In this document: positions 1-12,860 of the stretch, in pieces
Layout: every line of letters begins with the position of its first letter
How positions within the stretch are numbered: position 1 is the stretch's first letter
Assembly: GCF_036971445.1 (NCBI RefSeq)
Contig: NC_091469.1
Location: 421,476,001-421,540,000 of the forward strand
DNA: 64,000 nucleotides
Source of the DNA: Narcine bancroftii
Lineage: Eukaryota
Direction: 5' to 3'
Position numbers and translations under genes: made by a program
The notes under the pieces: model-generated
What the model was told of the DNA's origin: nothing
Databases searched by the model: none
The model's input: only the letters and a program-made list of their open reading frames with translations

Positions 1-750
1 TAACAGGGCAAAATGACATTTTTAACAGCAACATAAATACTGCAATACCTTTAGTTCAGAGCTTTTCATCATAAAAAAAACTTATTTCAGGACCGGGTGC
101 CATAATTAATAATCGCATTTTATAGCTGGGCATGCGATAAGCAAAGCTTTAACGCTACAGTATTACTTCTGGAGATTCTTGTTTTGACTTTTACAACGTG
201 GAATATCGACACAACTAAACCCCCTCCCTAAGGAAACTAATTCCTGTTTCCCAGCATCTTAAAAATACTGCTTTGGCTATCCCATGCCTCGATTTATTTT
301 AGATTGAGCACGCTAGATAAAGTGAGACATCTTGCATTCTGTTTATTTTCTGTCTTTAATGTTCCCATACTCGAGCGTTTCCTCTTTCAAAATTATTTAC
401 CTTTCGAAGAATGAAGCTTGTCTTTGGACACGGAACGTTCTTTGGTAATTTCAAGTATATCTTTGGAAAGGGTACATTGCAAATTCAATTTAAGAAGTTC
501 CACAACCATTCTTATAATCGAGGCAGCCATCTTTTGTTCCAAGGCTCATAAAACATGTTACAATGCGTTTTTATTCTTCAGCAAATTATTGTGTATCTCG
601 AGCATTGGTGGAAAATATAGTGGGGTAAAATAAGAACAGCGTAGATGTTTTTCTTTCCTGTTCACAGCAAAGTACACTAAAATACTGGCTCCCCTTATTT
701 ACCATCACTTGCAACTATCAATGTTTTAATGCATTCTTTACCTGTTACAG

Positions 751-983
751 GTGGCCAGCGTACACGTAAAAAAAGATGCCCCTATACCAAGTACCAGATC
801 AGGGAGCTCGAGAGAGAATTTTTTTTCAGTGTCTACATCAACAAGGAGAAGCGCCTACAACTTTCCAGGATGCTCAACCTAACCGACCGGCAAGTTAAAA
901 TTTGGTTTCAAAACAGGAGGATGAAGGAAAAGAAGTTAAACAGGGACCGTCTTCAATATTACACTACGAATCCATTGCTCTGA
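751..983 (+). CDS. hoxa11: HoxA11 exon 2 (homeodomain); exon 1 lies upstream of the window
   Basis: Acceptor ctgttacag|GT at 750/751. Translates [76 protein letters not shown], a paralog-11 homeodomain with an A11-type C-terminus. Lies 5' of HoxA10. Confidence 0.95.
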
Positions 984-1217
984 GATTAGACTGATTTTAC
1001 AAAGAGGCTTTCCATCTTCCTAGCTTCTACGATGAAATCGGCCAGGCCAGAATGCAGAGGTAAAAAAAAAACTCAAGTTCGAGTTTGTGAGAGACACTTT
1101 AGTACAACTCTGACGGGCCAGACAACTTTTCAAAACTAATTGGGACGTCGAGTTTCAACTTTAAAAAGTAACTGGAATTTTAATACTCAACGTTCACTTG
1201 ACATAGACACACCAACA

Positions 1218-1261
1218 CAGACACAGGCAGACAGACAGACAGACAGGCAGGCAGACACATA

Positions 1262-1292
<31 letters not shown>

Positions 1293-1330
1293 GCGCGCAC
1301 GCACATAAACAGCGAGACACACACACACAT
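1218..1330. repeat. Compound microsatellite (CAGA/CAGG)n-(AC)n-(GC)n in the HoxA11 3' region
   Basis: Read directly: cagacagacagac..., then (AC)9 followed by about (GC)10 at 1261-1298. Confidence 0.95.
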
Positions 1331-4051
1331 ATGAAGTTTCATGTATCTTCTATATAATTCATATAGAGCGTGTCTCTAGAGATTAACTGAGATGTCAAGG
1401 TGAACGTTTGGACATAGATAAGCGAACGTGTTTTTTTTTAATCCAAGGAAGAAGGCAGCTTCTAAACATAAACGGACACGTGTACTGAAGCCCGGGGAGA
1501 AAGAGTGACTGTTGTGGACCAGCTGCAATATAAAAATATTTTTTAAAAATAAAGTGATAAAATGCGCATGCTTTAGATTAGAAACATTACAGAGGCTCTC
1601 ACTGCCAGTCACAACAATTAGATATATATTTGTTATCTTCGGTTACCAAGAGTTGAAAGCAGTCTCATTCCTTCGGAACTGAGCCTTTCGAAGGAGCAAA
1701 CATAGCGCAGCAATTCTACAAATAATACCTGCTTGTCGCTGCTTAGCAGTCCAGACTTGTCCATATAAAAGACAGATGATAACTTCCATCTCGACAATAG
1801 ATCCACGTTTATTTCCATAAATAACCATCAATACGTCCCATCCCCCACCCATATAATTATCCCAAATGAGAATATGCATGCAAATCTCCAATTTGGAATT
1901 AATAGCAAAAAGAAACACAGTTTTTAATGAGTGTCAAATTTATATTATTCATTAAAATAAGCAAGTGTGGTTAAATTCTGTTTAACGTGTAAAAATCTGT
2001 ATATTTTAGCTGTTGGCCTTGATATATAAACACCGTACCATTTAATACATAGCTTGGAACAATAAGATATTCGAAAACCGGCTATTTTATGCTCGTTGAA
2101 GAAATCCGTGTGTGTTTATTTGTATTTGACATATTGTGCTTAGTAATTTTCGAATGCGGTTTTTATTTTAACTTTTCAAAGGGAAGAGATGCTACCCGTG
2201 ATGGCATACTTGAGCACAAAGTATTGTAAATATAACGCTCTTTCGGTACAATATGAATGTGTATAAGAATTGGATTTTAAAGCTGCTGCTCATGCATCTA
2301 TTATTTTCACGAATCCCTCCAAAGTCTGCAGTATTTACGATGTTGAAGCCATCTTTATCCGTGTGAACCAAAGACAGAAAAGTATTTTCATTAACACATA
2401 AGTGTTTTATTGCACAATGGTAACATTTCCTGTACATTCACCGTATAAACTTTTTGTAGGTCGACATACCTATAGGCCGTATTGTACAAAAATCGCCCAC
2501 ACGTTGTCTGCCAACATAAACCAGCCCTAAAAACCATATTTGTTTATGTTATCAATTCAATTTAACCGTTTCATTGTGGCTTCCGTTATTAACATCATTA
2601 AAATAGCTTATTTTCTTGTTCATTCCCCATAAAATGACAGATGACAACGGTAGACTCTCGCCGTTAAGTTTATTTTTAGTAACTCTAGTTTATTTTGCAA
2701 AACACTAAAATGTGTAAAAGGCTGGATTATCTACCACGGAAGTGGTAGGTTTTTTTTTACATTGAACCTTTAGATTTTGAAAAAGAATATCGATTCTTTT
2801 CACAGCAAAATCTTAATCAGACGTTGTTTAATTAAATGGGACATCGACATTTGCTTAACATTTGTATATAATTTATATTTATCAATTTGACTAACGTGGG
2901 GTAAAATTGCATGTCCACGTTCAGAGAGCGCACAATTGGTTTATCGTAGAAAAAGCGATTAAAGTGGTTTTCTTGAGGGCGAACTTTGTTGGGTATTTAA
3001 CCCGAAAACTAAAACACCTGCAAAGTATTGTATTATTGTTCGTTTCATGTACGTATTAAACAACAATTAAAGCTGGATAACATTCCACGTTCGTCTACAT
3101 ACATTGGTACGTTTTTCTTTCATTTGTTTCCAGAAACACAAGACATTCAATCAAATTTCAGACAATGCAATTTCAGTCAGCTTTCCCTTGGCACAAGTTA
3201 TATCATGTTACACTGAAAGTCATGTGCTCACACAGACAACATTCGACACAATTTCACCAATGTATTGATTTAAATCTTATTCTGCCAAAAAAAAAACCCA
3301 ACAGCCCTGAAATGGTCGTGGTGGAAGGCTCGCTAATCTAACCTCTTGGTTTGGCCAATATTCGACTGCGTTCGTTTGGATGTATGCTACATTAGGAGCG
3401 TTTGCAATGCGTTACAGTTGTACTACAGTATCATTTTGCTGCTTTTCATTCTGTTTTCCTGCTTGTTTCCTGGCTTTGAACTTCTGTTGCGCCGTGGACG
3501 TCACCTCTAACCTTGGGGGTGAAGGGATAATCAGCCCTGAAGCTTCCATTTTCTGGTCAGACTCCCGCCGGAGGTGACGGGGGACTAAAACAAATGAGAA
3601 GAGATTGATCAACTGCCTTGGCAGAGATACCAGCGAGACATGTACTAGTAACTTGGAAGTTTGATGTTGAGCTTAAGGATGTTTTGATAAAGAAGGATAC
3701 TCGCGATGATTAAAGAATAGGCTTAGCTTTTAAATCTGGAGAAGAGGGAGTTGCGCCAAGTGTGGTAGCATATTATTAAGGGGCTGTGGCATTCAAGGCA
3801 AATGACATGGGATAGTCTCTGTTGCTGTGGTTACGAACAGCGGGACAAGTCATAAAGTCTTTTTTTTATTGTAGCTATGTTTTTTTTTAATATAACCGCA
3901 GTGAATCCAAAATTCCAAGAGCGGTGAACATAAACAATTGTTTCGAGTTTAGGTGTTCTCCTAGTCTTGATATGGTTTGCGTTCGTTCACTGTTTCTGCA
4001 TTACGACACCAGGGAGCTATGACAACGAATTCTTCCAATTGGACTCTCAGT

Positions 4052-4065
4052 CCACATGGTGGCGC
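4052..4065 (+). promoter_or_regulatory. CTCF motif candidate (A11-A10 interval)
   Basis: CCACATGGTGGCGC, one mismatch to the CCASNAGRKGGCRS core. Confidence 0.6.
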
Positions 4066-5951
4066 CATTGAGACCAATGTCAAAGCCGCTGTTGGCAGCA
4101 AAAATAATTATTAAAAATTTGTCGTTGTTGCAAAGTACAACGTAAAGAGAGGTATGTGACTTTTGTTTTAAGCCATATTAAAAATAGCTCCTCGCTGTTT
4201 GACAAATTAAATTCAAAACCCACTCAGAGCCCAAAAGAGCTGCAAAACAAACCCCCTTTTATTTGTAAATGCAAGGTAGGTGATTCGGTTCCATGAAGAT
4301 ACGCTGAGTTCTTCAAATTATAATTTTTACAACACAATTATCAATAACAATTGGAAAGCATACAGTGCAATTGATGTGAAATTTGAACTCGGGTGGATTG
4401 AAAGTTCTTTCGAAAGCTGCTCTTTTTGCATCTGGGTAAAGGAAAACGCATGGTATTAATTTTGAACCCAGCAGACTTTAAATGACTTTTGAAAATGGGT
4501 TCGAAAGCACAATAAACTTGCTTATTGAACAAGCCTCCAAGGATGTTTCCCAACCATAACGATGCTAAGCGCACATGTTTGGATTTGGTGGTTCGGAAGG
4601 AAAAGGTTTATTTCTGGAACTGCGTTTCTCATGTTGCTTTTTGAAATCTTTTCCTCCGGTTTTGCATGATATTGCATGATTGATCAATAAAACAGTATCA
4701 TCAGACAACAAGAGATGTTATCTTGAATTGATCAACCCTGCTCAACTTGATTTGATTCCCCAACCACCAGGACATATTGCGATAGTTAGAAATCTATCCC
4801 TGCGTATTATTCAAAATCTTAACAAGGGTGAAATGTTCAACCGCTGATCTTTGGCTTGACATTTAAGATTCAGAGCATTTTTGTCTATTCCCTGATCTGG
4901 TCCGTTATCTATTTATTTTCTTAAACCAAAGAATTTACAAATATTTATCTTTTAGAAATGTTCAAGTGTTCATTGAACCTAAAAATCTAATATCGTAGTT
5001 TTATCTGTTCGTTAAATGTTGATTGAATGATAACATTTCAACCGAATGTTGTATCTCGGATAGATTTCTATATTTGTCACTTTAGCATTTACAAGTTCCA
5101 GCGGGACAGTGTGTGTTTTTTTCCAAATAATTGTACATTTAAAAATTATGACAAACATTGTGAAACATTGGCTGCATATTTTTCCAGTATATTCGATTAT
5201 GCCTTTCTCACACGACAATACTTATTTCTAACAATTAACGGAGAAATGTATTTATTTATTTTTGTTTATTATTTCTCTTATTTGCTGATATATCCATTGA
5301 CTATTTCATGTTTTAACATTCCAATTTAAAACTGAGTGAAAATAATGCAAAATTTGCGAAAATCCATCTTATTCGGATTTTTAAAAAACCAACTACGATT
5401 AAATGGGCATTTGAAGTAAATTTCATTCTTACTTGCTGATCGTTTCCTGAGAGAACATTGAGACTAAATTTGCCTTGTATAGCGTTGCAGTCAGTAACGA
5501 TGCCCCATAAAACTAGTTTGGTTAAACCATATGTAAACGTGGTGTTTGTGCCGAATCTCATTGCTTTAAACTGTTGTGGTGTACACGGATATGTTGTTTC
5601 GTTCATTAGATGTTTGCCTGTATATATGTAACTTTATGCGACTAAGCTAGTAAAGAGTTTCGTTAAAACGGCAATATTCATTTATTATTGGCGATGGAAT
5701 TCTTCAGTTAAATTGCAAAAATTACCCATTTTCTATTATTGAATAATAATGTTTGCCAAACTACACTATAAGGTGCACCTTTTCATTATTATTATTAAGA
5801 CGGTAACAAAAATGGGAAATTCCAAGTATTACTTTCATGTTACTTAATAACTTGTTATCAACAATGTAATGAAATGCATTGCTCTTAAGGATCAGTACAA
5901 CTTCAAAATTTGAAACATATCATTTGGATACTGAGGCAAACTTGGGCCACA

Positions 5952-5982
5952 GCGCCCTCTGGGTCTAGAATTAGCATTTGCA
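5952..5982 (-). promoter_or_regulatory. CTCF motif candidate with upstream module (A11-A10 interval)
   Basis: Minus strand reads TGCAAATGC...GACCCAGAGGGCGC. The 3' part of the core matches fully and there is a TGCA-type upstream module. Confidence 0.55.
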
Positions 5983-7872
5983 TCACAGTACAATGGTCAT
6001 TAATTCTGGTTGCAGTACAAAGTGTACACCGTATTGCAGTACTAAATAAATGTAATCACTAGAACCTAATAAAACAACGAAAATAGATATTAGTTTTCAA
6101 GAGCAATTTAAATCTTGGTGCTTGCTGTAATGCTTCACGCAAAATGTCAACGGTAGCCTATTTGTTAAAAGCCAAATCCTAAAAATAGCAACAATTTCAA
6201 AAACTGCTCTTTTCTCTTGCTGGGTCAATCAAATTTTTTTGCTTCAGAAAATAGTGCATTCTCGTTTTCAATTACTAAAATGCCGAACTTTTATGAATTA
6301 ACCATTTTATTAAATGGCCAGTAATTTGCTTAATACGTGAATTTCGAGTGAAGCACGAAAAATAAACATCGAGAGGAATAAAGATTTCGGTGTGAAAATG
6401 AAGAATAGTGAAGGATGATAATAATAAAATCAGGATAAGCTGAAGAACAAAGATTAGTTCGACCTCCAACTTCACAACTTCTCTGAAGAGAAAAAAAAAT
6501 CTGGCCAACCGAATTTGCGCTTGTCCTTTAAAAAACGCCTCTTTATACCTTTTAAAATGTTTAAATGCAACACGTTTCACGTGTTTGAAGCATTTTATAA
6601 ATAACGATTTGCATTTGAACTTTCGCCATGTTGCCAATGCGCTTCTATGCGAATATGCATTAAATACATCTGTATAAAAGCGAATTTATTTCTGCGATGG
6701 TGATTGGTAAAATGTGATTGAGCTGCTAACAGTTAGTTCTTTATTTGAAAAGATACCGTTATAAAGTTAGCAGTTTGGTCTGGGACATGGATGTGTACCT
6801 TAAAGAGAACTGGCAAGTGGACACTGAGTAGTCGAAGACATTACAGTGTATTTTGCTGCATACCGAAGTCATGGAATGGCTTTAAATTAAATATTAATAC
6901 TGTACCACGAATTTTTCATTTGTTTGGAGGTATCAAGTAATTGAATGAAACTTTCTATGCAGAGCTGGCACTGTCGTGAGAAATTTGTTTTATTTGTACA
7001 TTTTACGCTAATTCTTTATTCTCAATGTTGCGCATCATATAGACCCTTTTGGTTTGTGGCCCGACCCCCGCTGCGTCACCTTCACCGTGGCCTGTGCAAC
7101 TGAATTGCCGCTATTTTTTGTTACAAAGCGAGCGAGCGCTTTGCCAGCGTGTAAAAAAAAACTTTTCAGTCATGTGCTAAGAACTGTGGTTAATAAATTC
7201 ATAATCCGTTAGGCAGATCATTACAAATTATACCATTAACATAAACGTAATTTCAAATACAAGCAATCTATACATTTATTTGAACAAAATATAATCAAAA
7301 TGTCATTGATATTGGTGCCACATAGAATAATATGAATTTTCGTAGACCTGTATTTATTTGCATGTATTTTGCATGCGTGCTTTCTGCACAATTTAAATAT
7401 TACCTGTAATCTCCAAAAGAAAATTAATATTAAAGTTACTTAGGACTTCATTTTATACATAAAAATCATATCTCAATTCACAATACGACTCAATAAACTG
7501 TTTACCCTATTCGGTCCATATCATAGATTTAAAAGATCTCCACCCTGTCTGAACATCTTTTGAATTTTTAGACTGCTTTTTACATTGAACCGGTTTGTCA
7601 GCAGAAATAATTGATTAGCCCTAACTTGAAGTATGCATTCCTATAATCACTTTAAACACAAAAATCATGATTTCACTGGTGAAAATATTTACCTTGCGGA
7701 ATATTTTTCATTTTTCACGTTCAAAGTCGATTGATTCATTTGAAATCATGTAATCCAATGGCCTTTTCTCAGTTTTAATTGAACAGAAAAAAAAACCGGT
7801 GCATCATTCTACATAACAATATAATTTGTGCCCTGAAATCAGGTTAAAATAGAACAAACGAATTGAGTCTCT

Positions 7873-7975
7873 CACGTTACAACAGGGACTGCACATTAAA
7901 ATGTACTTCATTGGCTGCAAAGCGCTTTGGGACGTCCCGAACTTGTGAAAGGCGCTGTTAAAATTCAAGTCTTTT
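7873..7975 (+). mobile_element. SINE 3' tail fragment, DeuSINE-like (SacSINE1/AmnSINE-type)
   Basis: ttacaacagggactgcac...gtacttcattggctgcaaagcgctttgggacgtcc...gtgaaaggcgct...aagtcttt resembles the DeuSINE 3' tail as I recall it. No database search was run. Confidence 0.6.
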
Positions 7976-10550
7976 GTCTCTGTTTTAAATTGTTCGAAGC
8001 ATGTTTGTGGAAGTCTGTTTAAGAGAGCAATTAGATATCCTTCTATTAATATTTTATCATTTCAACCCATAAAAGGGCCATACGTCTATTCTAACGTTTA
8101 TTCAAACTTTTTGTTCAACACAATTTTTTTTTCAGCCGCATTTCCGTTTCTTCTTCATTGAAGTGCGAATGTAAACGGTCTTTAAATTGCAGCCTTAGGC
8201 GCAATATTTTAATTTTTAAAGCGTTCTACAACAAACTGTTGCAAACTAAATGTTGCTGTTCCTACAACAGTGCCGTGGAGACAATGACACAGAATAGTTA
8301 GAATTGTAGATTGAGTGGAAGATAAAATTTGGGGGTGTGGGGTGGAGGAAGGGGTTTGATATCCTTGATTTTCAAGTTTCTCCTCTACGATCTATAGACA
8401 TTAATTTCTACTTTAATTGTAAACTCTATCCAACATTCTTGTTGCATGATTTTCTAAAATTACAGAATTGTGATTCTGTTTCAGTGTTTTAGGTTTTTAA
8501 CGTATCAAAAGTAAAAAAAAAACCCTTTAATGCGGCGGATTTCAGTCTTCTGTTTTAACCACATGGTTTCACTTTTAACATTAGATGCAATATATTTTCA
8601 AAAGATCTTTATCCAAACGTTTTGCTGAGCAATAGTATTGGGGTCTCGGGATGGCTTGCCTATTAAACCACTGAATACGTAAGCAGTTAAAGAGTGACAT
8701 TCTTTTCAGATTTATATCTAGACATAAAGCAATTATTTCTCTTCGACTTTTCCTGCAATCTGAGAGAATCACGGAGAATTGTTATTAATTTTAAAATAAA
8801 GGCGATATATGATAAACCAGAAGCTGTAAATGTTAAATATTTGCTTTCCTCCCCGTACGAAAAGATTTCACTGGGCACATACAATGGCCGATACACTTGA
8901 AGGATGAGGAGGATTTTTTTTAAAGTTCACAAAATGTTAGTTAGTTTTTGCGACTGAAATAAAACCCAAGCTAATTCTAAGCAATCTCGGTCAGAGCTGA
9001 AATTAATGAAATAATGAGTTTACCCAATGAATCTTTATCCGGAAAACAGAGTGAAAGACATTCAGTCTGGCCTTCAGTCTAAGTTCACGATCTAGGCTAA
9101 CTCTGAGCCCGAGCTATGTGTTGGCACGGCCTGCTCAGTTTAGACATTGAAATCGCTTATTTACTGAAGAACCACTATTCGCTCGACTGGTATCTGTGTT
9201 CGACCTTTTATCACCGACTGGACAACGTATTATTTACCTCATTTGTTGCAGTGTCTGTTTATTGCTTACGCGTTGATGTAGAAACGTAGAAATTGTGGTT
9301 GAAATAATTTGGCGATAAGAACATTGTCTTCTTCATTCTTTTTTATGTCAAACCGATCGCTTAACAAAAAATGTTGCATAAATGTTCACTTCCCTAGCTA
9401 TTTTTTCTAGTCAAGTTCCTGCAATACTCGATAAAGGCATTTCATCTCCCCAACTTCCTCGGTACAGTCAACGACATTCCTTAACTCTAAGCAATGGTAA
9501 TTAATAGTCACGTATACCTTAGAAGCTAGAAAGGAATCTTATTTTCCGCAAATCCTTCCTAGTGTGTGCTTTTTAAATGGGCACAGGAGATTCACAGCCA
9601 TCATCCCATTCCAATCCATAGAGAAAGGCCTACATTATCTTGGAAACTGGAGAAATTAAACACTATCCCTTTTACAGTTTTACTGGGAAATTGGATTATA
9701 GAAGTTTAAAGCTTTCCAAAAATACACCCATAAAATTATACCAAATGTGGTAACAATTTATGAAGCAATGAAACATTTACCAAGAGAACCAGATAAATAT
9801 CATGCCTCTAACATATAAATACGTCGCTTGTTAGCAATGGTGTACAGTAGCCTGAACCTTTATATATGAAACTCTGCCAGAGATGGTAATTGTTATTTTC
9901 CCCTATTAAATCTTTGTCTTCTCCCATGATCATATGTGTCATGGGCACTGTGGGATTGCAAACGGGAATATTTTCGAAATTTCGATAAAGAGCATTCCGG
10001 TTTTTATAGGTTTTCTGGAAGGCCGTGATAATTCTAAACAGTCATTTGTGCTTAAAAACAAGCGTGCATGAGGAATCCTTCGAGACGGCCCCTTAGCAAA
10101 CACGTTGCGTGTAAAGCCGGTCTTCATATCCCGCTGACTTCAACTGAAGCGATATTTAAATAGCCTGCTTTAGATTAGCAACATTTTCTGAGCTTTAATC
10201 CAACGCCAGAAGTTAAAATAACTAAAACTGGAATAATAGTAAAGAGATGGGGAAGGTGGAGGCGGTGGGGAAGAGGGTGGGGGTAGGGCGGCAGGGACAG
10301 GGTGAATATTTTGAGTGCCGTTTAAAGATGGCTCGTAACAAAACACAGTTATGTGAGAGATGGAATGTTGCATCCTAACCTGAAGACTATATTTACGTTG
10401 CAATTGCTGGCAGAGGTGACCAAACAGAATAGATACAGTACAATATGACAGACACGCAGAATTGTTTCCTATTGAGAGCCACGTTGATAAATATTGACCA
10501 CATCTGCCACAAATACATCCAGTTAAATGCTTACCTTGCGATGATCCAAA

Positions 10551-10701
10551 NNNNNNNNNNNNNNNNNNNNNNNNNNNNNNNNNNNNNNNNNNNNNNNNNN
10601 NNNNNNNNNNNNNNNNNNNNNNNNNNNNNNNNNNNNNNNNNNNNNNNNNNNNNNNNNNNNNNNNNNNNNNNNNNNNNNNNNNNNNNNNNNNNNNNNNNNN
10701 N
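10551..10701. other. Assembly gap (N run)
   Basis: 151 Ns. Confidence 1.
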
Positions 10702-11814
10702 AGTGAATCTGTGAGTGCGTCTTTGGGAGAAAGCACATATTATGGTTACATTTTTAAAGAAAATACCTTTAGTTCGTGTTTTATTATCTTTCGCCTTAAA
10801 TTGAAGGGAAGTGCTCACCAATCGAAGGCCTCGTTTCCTTCCGGAAAAAAAATGGGGGTTTCCCCCACTCTTGCTTCATTTCTAGATTACCTTTGAATGG
10901 GATGGAGTGATAAACTCTGGAGGAAGCTTCGGGTTCGCGCGTTGTTTTTAAACTTGATCGCGTTAAAGTTATGAAGCTTGTAAATTTTGGTTAACAGCAC
11001 TGTGTTCTATTTTGAAGACGAAATGATGAAGTCGATTTTATAGATGTGATAAACTTTGTGTACTCTGGCCAAACCAGTCGAAGAACACATGATAAATTAT
11101 TTCGAAACAAATGTTTTCTATTTCTTTAAATTGTGACTTGGTATGAAATTCTCCCCCAAAATGCCATAATTCAGTCAACCGAAAATATACTGGAGAAATG
11201 GATGACTGGATTAAAATAAATGGTTGTTTTATTGGTTTGTTGTCTTCGACCTTCTACACTTCACCTACAGAGCTCCAGTAGATATCATTAACGCAATAAA
11301 CTAAACAACAAAGAACAGAGCAGGCATACAATCACGGATTTGTAGTTCAGGAGTGCTTCTTGAACGCTGCACCCCAAGGAATGGAAGTGGAAGTAACAAT
11401 CAGTAAAGACACAGTGTGGATCTGAATTAGAGTGATGACTGGAAAACTGTTGCAGAAGGCGGTGGGTAATTGCAATCAGACCCGTGAATGTCAAGATTAC
11501 TTCTGGGTTTTTTTTACATGTGCATCCATCTGTGAATCTTAACCCGTGATTATGTACAGCAAATATAGAACTCAAACTTCAATTTTATCAATTGCGTTTG
11601 CGAATAGATGTGAACGGTGAAAAGTATAATATGTAACTAACTACTACTTCTAAACAGTTATGTTGCTTCAAATTTTGCTGAAACTGAAATTTTGAATTAC
11701 ACTTCGTGCCTCTCTTGAAGGGCGTGATTCCAATAACGGAGAACTGAGTAAATAAAGATGCATTCAGACGGTTTTGCAGTTTACCGAATACATATGGTGA
11801 CCTTATTGCAGTTC

Positions 11815-11985
11815 TGGTGACGTAGCCCCGCCATGAAGGAGGGGCTGATGTCCAGCTATGTCTTTTGATTGGCTCGTCCCGCCTGTCGTGCTGCGGAGGT
11901 ATCTCTAATCATATTCAACGTGTTTGCACAAGAAATGTCAGCCTGAACTGGATATCTTCTGCTTTCGCGAAATTACCCCACAACA
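11815..11985 (+). promoter_or_regulatory. HoxA10 proximal promoter / 5'UTR
   Basis: TGACGT (CRE half-site), GC box ccccgcc and inverted CCAAT (gattggc) just upstream of the ATG at 11986. Confidence 0.55.
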
Positions 11986-12745
11986 ATGTCATGCTCAGAC
12001 AGCCCGGCTGCAAACTCCTTTCTAGTAGATTCTCTGATCAGCGTGGGCCGTGGCGGGGAAGGGACCTATTACCCCAACAGCAGCGTATACCTGCCGCCAG
12101 GCTCTGATCTATCATACGGCATCCAAAACTGTGGACTTTTCCCATCTCTGAGCAAACGCAGTGAGAACAACTCTCAGAGTATGGTCCTGACTTCACATCC
12201 CTATATGAGCGGGATGGAGGTCTGGTCAGATCCTCCCAGGTCCTGTCGCATGGAGCAACCTGCAACTCAGCAAGTAGCAGCATGTTCCTTTCCCCAGAAT
12301 ATCAAAGAAGAAAATGCATATTGCTTATATGATTCTGAGAAATGTCCAAAAAGCGCTGCAGCAACAGATCTTTCCACGTTTCCAAGGCTAACATCAGAAT
12401 CGTGCTCCAATAGTGACACTACTACCAGCGGCGGGGTTCCTGTGCCCGGCTATTTCCGTCTGTCCCAAGCTTATCCGACATCTAAACAGACTCTTTATAA
12501 CAACTCTGGCCAGGTTGGGGCCTCTCCATTTGTGCCTCAGTCCCAGATCCGATTTGGAACACCCCCTTCTTCAGCTTCAACCCCGAGTGAGTTGGGGAGA
12601 AAAGGAAGCGAAGGGACATCCCCCAGCCATTTAACCTGCGGTTCGGAAAGAGAAGAGACAGAAGCCCCGGCTTCTTCTGCAAACGAAGAGTCTTCTCCAG
12701 TCCCTTCAGAAAGCAGGAAAAACTCTCCTGGGAAAGAAACGAAAG
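11986..12745 (+). CDS. hoxa10: HoxA10 exon 1
   Basis: N-terminus MSCSDSPAANSFLVDSLIS, plus NIKEE and PVPGYFRLSQAY motifs of paralog 10. Donor AAAG|gtagg at 12745/12746, phase 1. Confidence 0.93.
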
Positions 12746-12846
12746 GTAGGTGCATTAAAGACAGTGGACGATTTACAGAGCTAGCAATCAGAAAGGGGTA
12801 GACGTGGCAGGTACAGCCAAGAAGCCTAACAAAGGGGGGTTTATTT

Positions 12847-12860
12847 TGACCTTGTGAACT
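12847..12860 (-). promoter_or_regulatory. DR2 retinoic-acid response element in the HoxA10 intron
   Basis: Minus strand AGTTCA-ca-AGGTCA, an exact RGKTCA(n2)RGKTCA match. Confidence 0.6.

Noticed and set aside
9065-9160. Faint resemblance to a DeuSINE core (gatctaggctaactct)
   Set aside because: Too short and diverged to support without a search.
10170-10821. ORFs spanning N runs (also around 20.9, 22.9 and 43.2 kb)
   Set aside because: Their length is an artefact of the assembly gaps.
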